A stretch of 27,028 nt of DNA from Candidatus Bathyarchaeia archaeon. GTDB taxonomy: Archaea > Thermoproteota > Bathyarchaeia > Bathyarchaeales > Bathycorpusculaceae. The stretch lies in the NCBI GenBank assembly GCA_050015395.1, contig JBEKBM010000031.1, positions 1-27,028 of the forward strand. Direction: 5' to 3'. A program made the position numbers and the translations under genes. Each line of letters opens with the position of its first letter. Position 1 is the stretch's first letter. Positions 25,699 through 27,028 of the stretch are shown here, in pieces. Below the pieces are notes generated by a model. It made no database searches. It was given only the letters and a program-made list of their open reading frames with translations, and was not told where the DNA came from.

Positions 25699-26703
25699 TT
25701 ATAATGGGGGTTTAGCGATTTTTTTGTTGCCCAGTGTCTTCATCCATTGCTTAAACTCTGCGGAAGGCGGAAAGTCACGGTAAAGCTGCTTACGCTTGGA
25801 TTCTAAGAACATGTTTTCGTTGCCCAAGTATTCTGCAGCCGTCATAACGCTATGCTCAGCCCTGGACGCTTGCTGGTAAACTTCGCCTATTTTTTGCTTC
25901 CATGATTCATCCCTTAACGCGTGATGCTCAAGAATGACCACAGGCACCGTCTGGACTATGCGTTCCAGATTTCTCAAACCCTGCTCCAGCTGAGCCGCCT
26001 CAACTCTGAAGCCTGCAAGATAAAACGGCGGTCCACCCAACATAATCACTGTTGGCTCTGCCGTCAAAATCAGCTCAAGCGTATGAGGGGACATTGGTCC
26101 TTGAACGTCAGGAGCAAACATGAACCGCTCACCCTCATACTCCACAACCGCCATTATAACCCAGCCCAGCATTGAATCTTCAGAGCCGTGAGCAACAGGT
26201 TCAGAAAAACACAGCGCCGTCTGCCCATAAGTGAATGTTTTTCCGTCGGCTGCTTCCAGTTTTCTGGCGTATTTGCCTCCTGTTTTTTGGAAAAGCCAAG
26301 CGCGCTGTCTTTGGCTGGCGTTGATTTTTTCTTTCGGATTCTTCATGAGAACTGTTTTGTCTTGGTAAATTTGGCGTGCAGTCTCGTTTGCTTCTGTCCA
26401 GTTAACTACCCAATCCTCGTATGAGGGCGTGTAATGGTCAAAGTGGTAATGGCTAATCGTTACCACCTCAGCATTGTCTGCGGCTTCCGCAATGCGCCTG
26501 CGCAGCCTAGCGATTGTTTGAAACTCAATGGGGTGCGGCGGCAAACTGAAACGGTACGGACAAAGTGATACTCCAGCATCTAAAAGCACTGTCACATCGG
26601 GTGTTTCGATTAATGTGCACATGGAACGGACGCCGAAGCTTTCGGCTGCCAACGGAGTAACCTTAATCTTGCTTAACAAGTTTTTCGCTTTTTCTTTTTC
26701 CAT
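25699..26703 (-). CDS. UPF0282-family metallo-beta-lactamase-fold hydrolase
   Basis: PLAAESFGVRSM, LDAGVSL, ISHYHFDH, INASQRQRA, DVQGP and EHHALRD motifs. Confidence 0.88.
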   Translation of the reverse strand: MEKEKAKNLLSKIKVTPLAAESFGVRSMCTLIETPDVTVLLDAGVSLCPYRFSLPPHPIEFQTIARLRRRIAEAADNAEVVTISHYHFDHYTPSYEDWVVNWTEANETARQIYQDKTVLMKNPKEKINASQRQRAWLFQKTGGKYARKLEAADGKTFTYGQTALCFSEPVAHGSEDSMLGWVIMAVVEYEGERFMFAPDVQGPMSPHTLELILTAEPTVIMLGGPPFYLAGFRVEAAQLEQGLRNLERIVQTVPVVILEHHALRDESWKQKIGEVYQQASRAEHSVMTAAEYLGNENMFLESKRKQLYRDFPPSAEFKQWMKTLGNKKIAKPPL

Positions 26704-26812
26704 TTATGCAGTCACACTGAGAAATCCTTGCTAATTGGCTAACTCGATAGATAGTAAAATGGATTACGCTGTTTTGTATGTATTTACGTGGCTTTGGTAC
26801 TTCGGCGCCCTC

Positions 26813-26868
26813 TTGTGTGTGCGCAACAGCTTACCCTCCCGGTCTACTAGATGCTTCTAATAGGCTCC
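26813..26868 (-). repeat. Dispersed element copy 4
   Basis: Minus strand GGAGCCTATTA|GAAGCATCTAG|TAGACCGGGAGGGTAAGCTGTTGCGCACACACAA, nearly identical to copy 1 over about 50 nt. Confidence 0.85.
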
Positions 26869-26911
26869 GAGGGGTGTGCACAATTAAATTTTTTATAGTT
26901 TGTTCGCTGAA

Positions 26912-27028
26912 CTATTTGGTGAGCAGTCTGGGGTTACGCCCGATTGTACCATTGGTTTGGTGTCTGACCAGCGCCATGACCGACGTTAAATGGGCTAATC
27001 CCAGTACTTGCTCGCGCACTTCAGGCTT
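26912..27028 (-). CDS. C-terminal end of a gene entering from the window edge
   Basis: Open frame KPEVREQVLGLAHLTSVMALVRHQTNGTIGRNPRLLTK*. Product not identifiable. Confidence 0.4.
   Translation of the reverse strand, partial: KPEVREQVLGLAHLTSVMALVRHQTNGTIGRNPRLLTK

Noticed and set aside
26912-27028. Transposase C-terminus
   Set aside because: Only 38 residues are visible and no terminal inverted repeat can be verified.

Overview
Archaeal chromosomal segment. Evidence: the aIF-1A/RIO1/Dim2 cluster, TFS, UPF0282, TTG/GTG starts and TATA-type promoters. A TACK lineage such as Bathyarchaeia is my guess from gene style only. Housekeeping blocks lie at about 0.4-4.9 kb and 23.1-26.7 kb and bracket a patchy accessory region. 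That region holds: (i) a stand-alone, motif-intact terminase large subunit with a small upstream partner and no portal, capsid or integrase. Its leader carries phased 11-bp repeats plus a TAGACC/G-string that recurs three more times in the window. (ii) A wHTH-wHTH-ParA/MinD cluster. (iii) A two-gene wHTH + HEPN-wHTH candidate defence module that sits where a PIN toxin gene is truncated. (iv) Toxin-antitoxin cassettes separated by three displaced copies of the mobA promoter/5' end and by tRNA relics, where antitoxins survive and most toxins are broken. No CRISPR array, rRNA, intact tRNA or intact integrase was seen. All calls come from motif reading without database searches.
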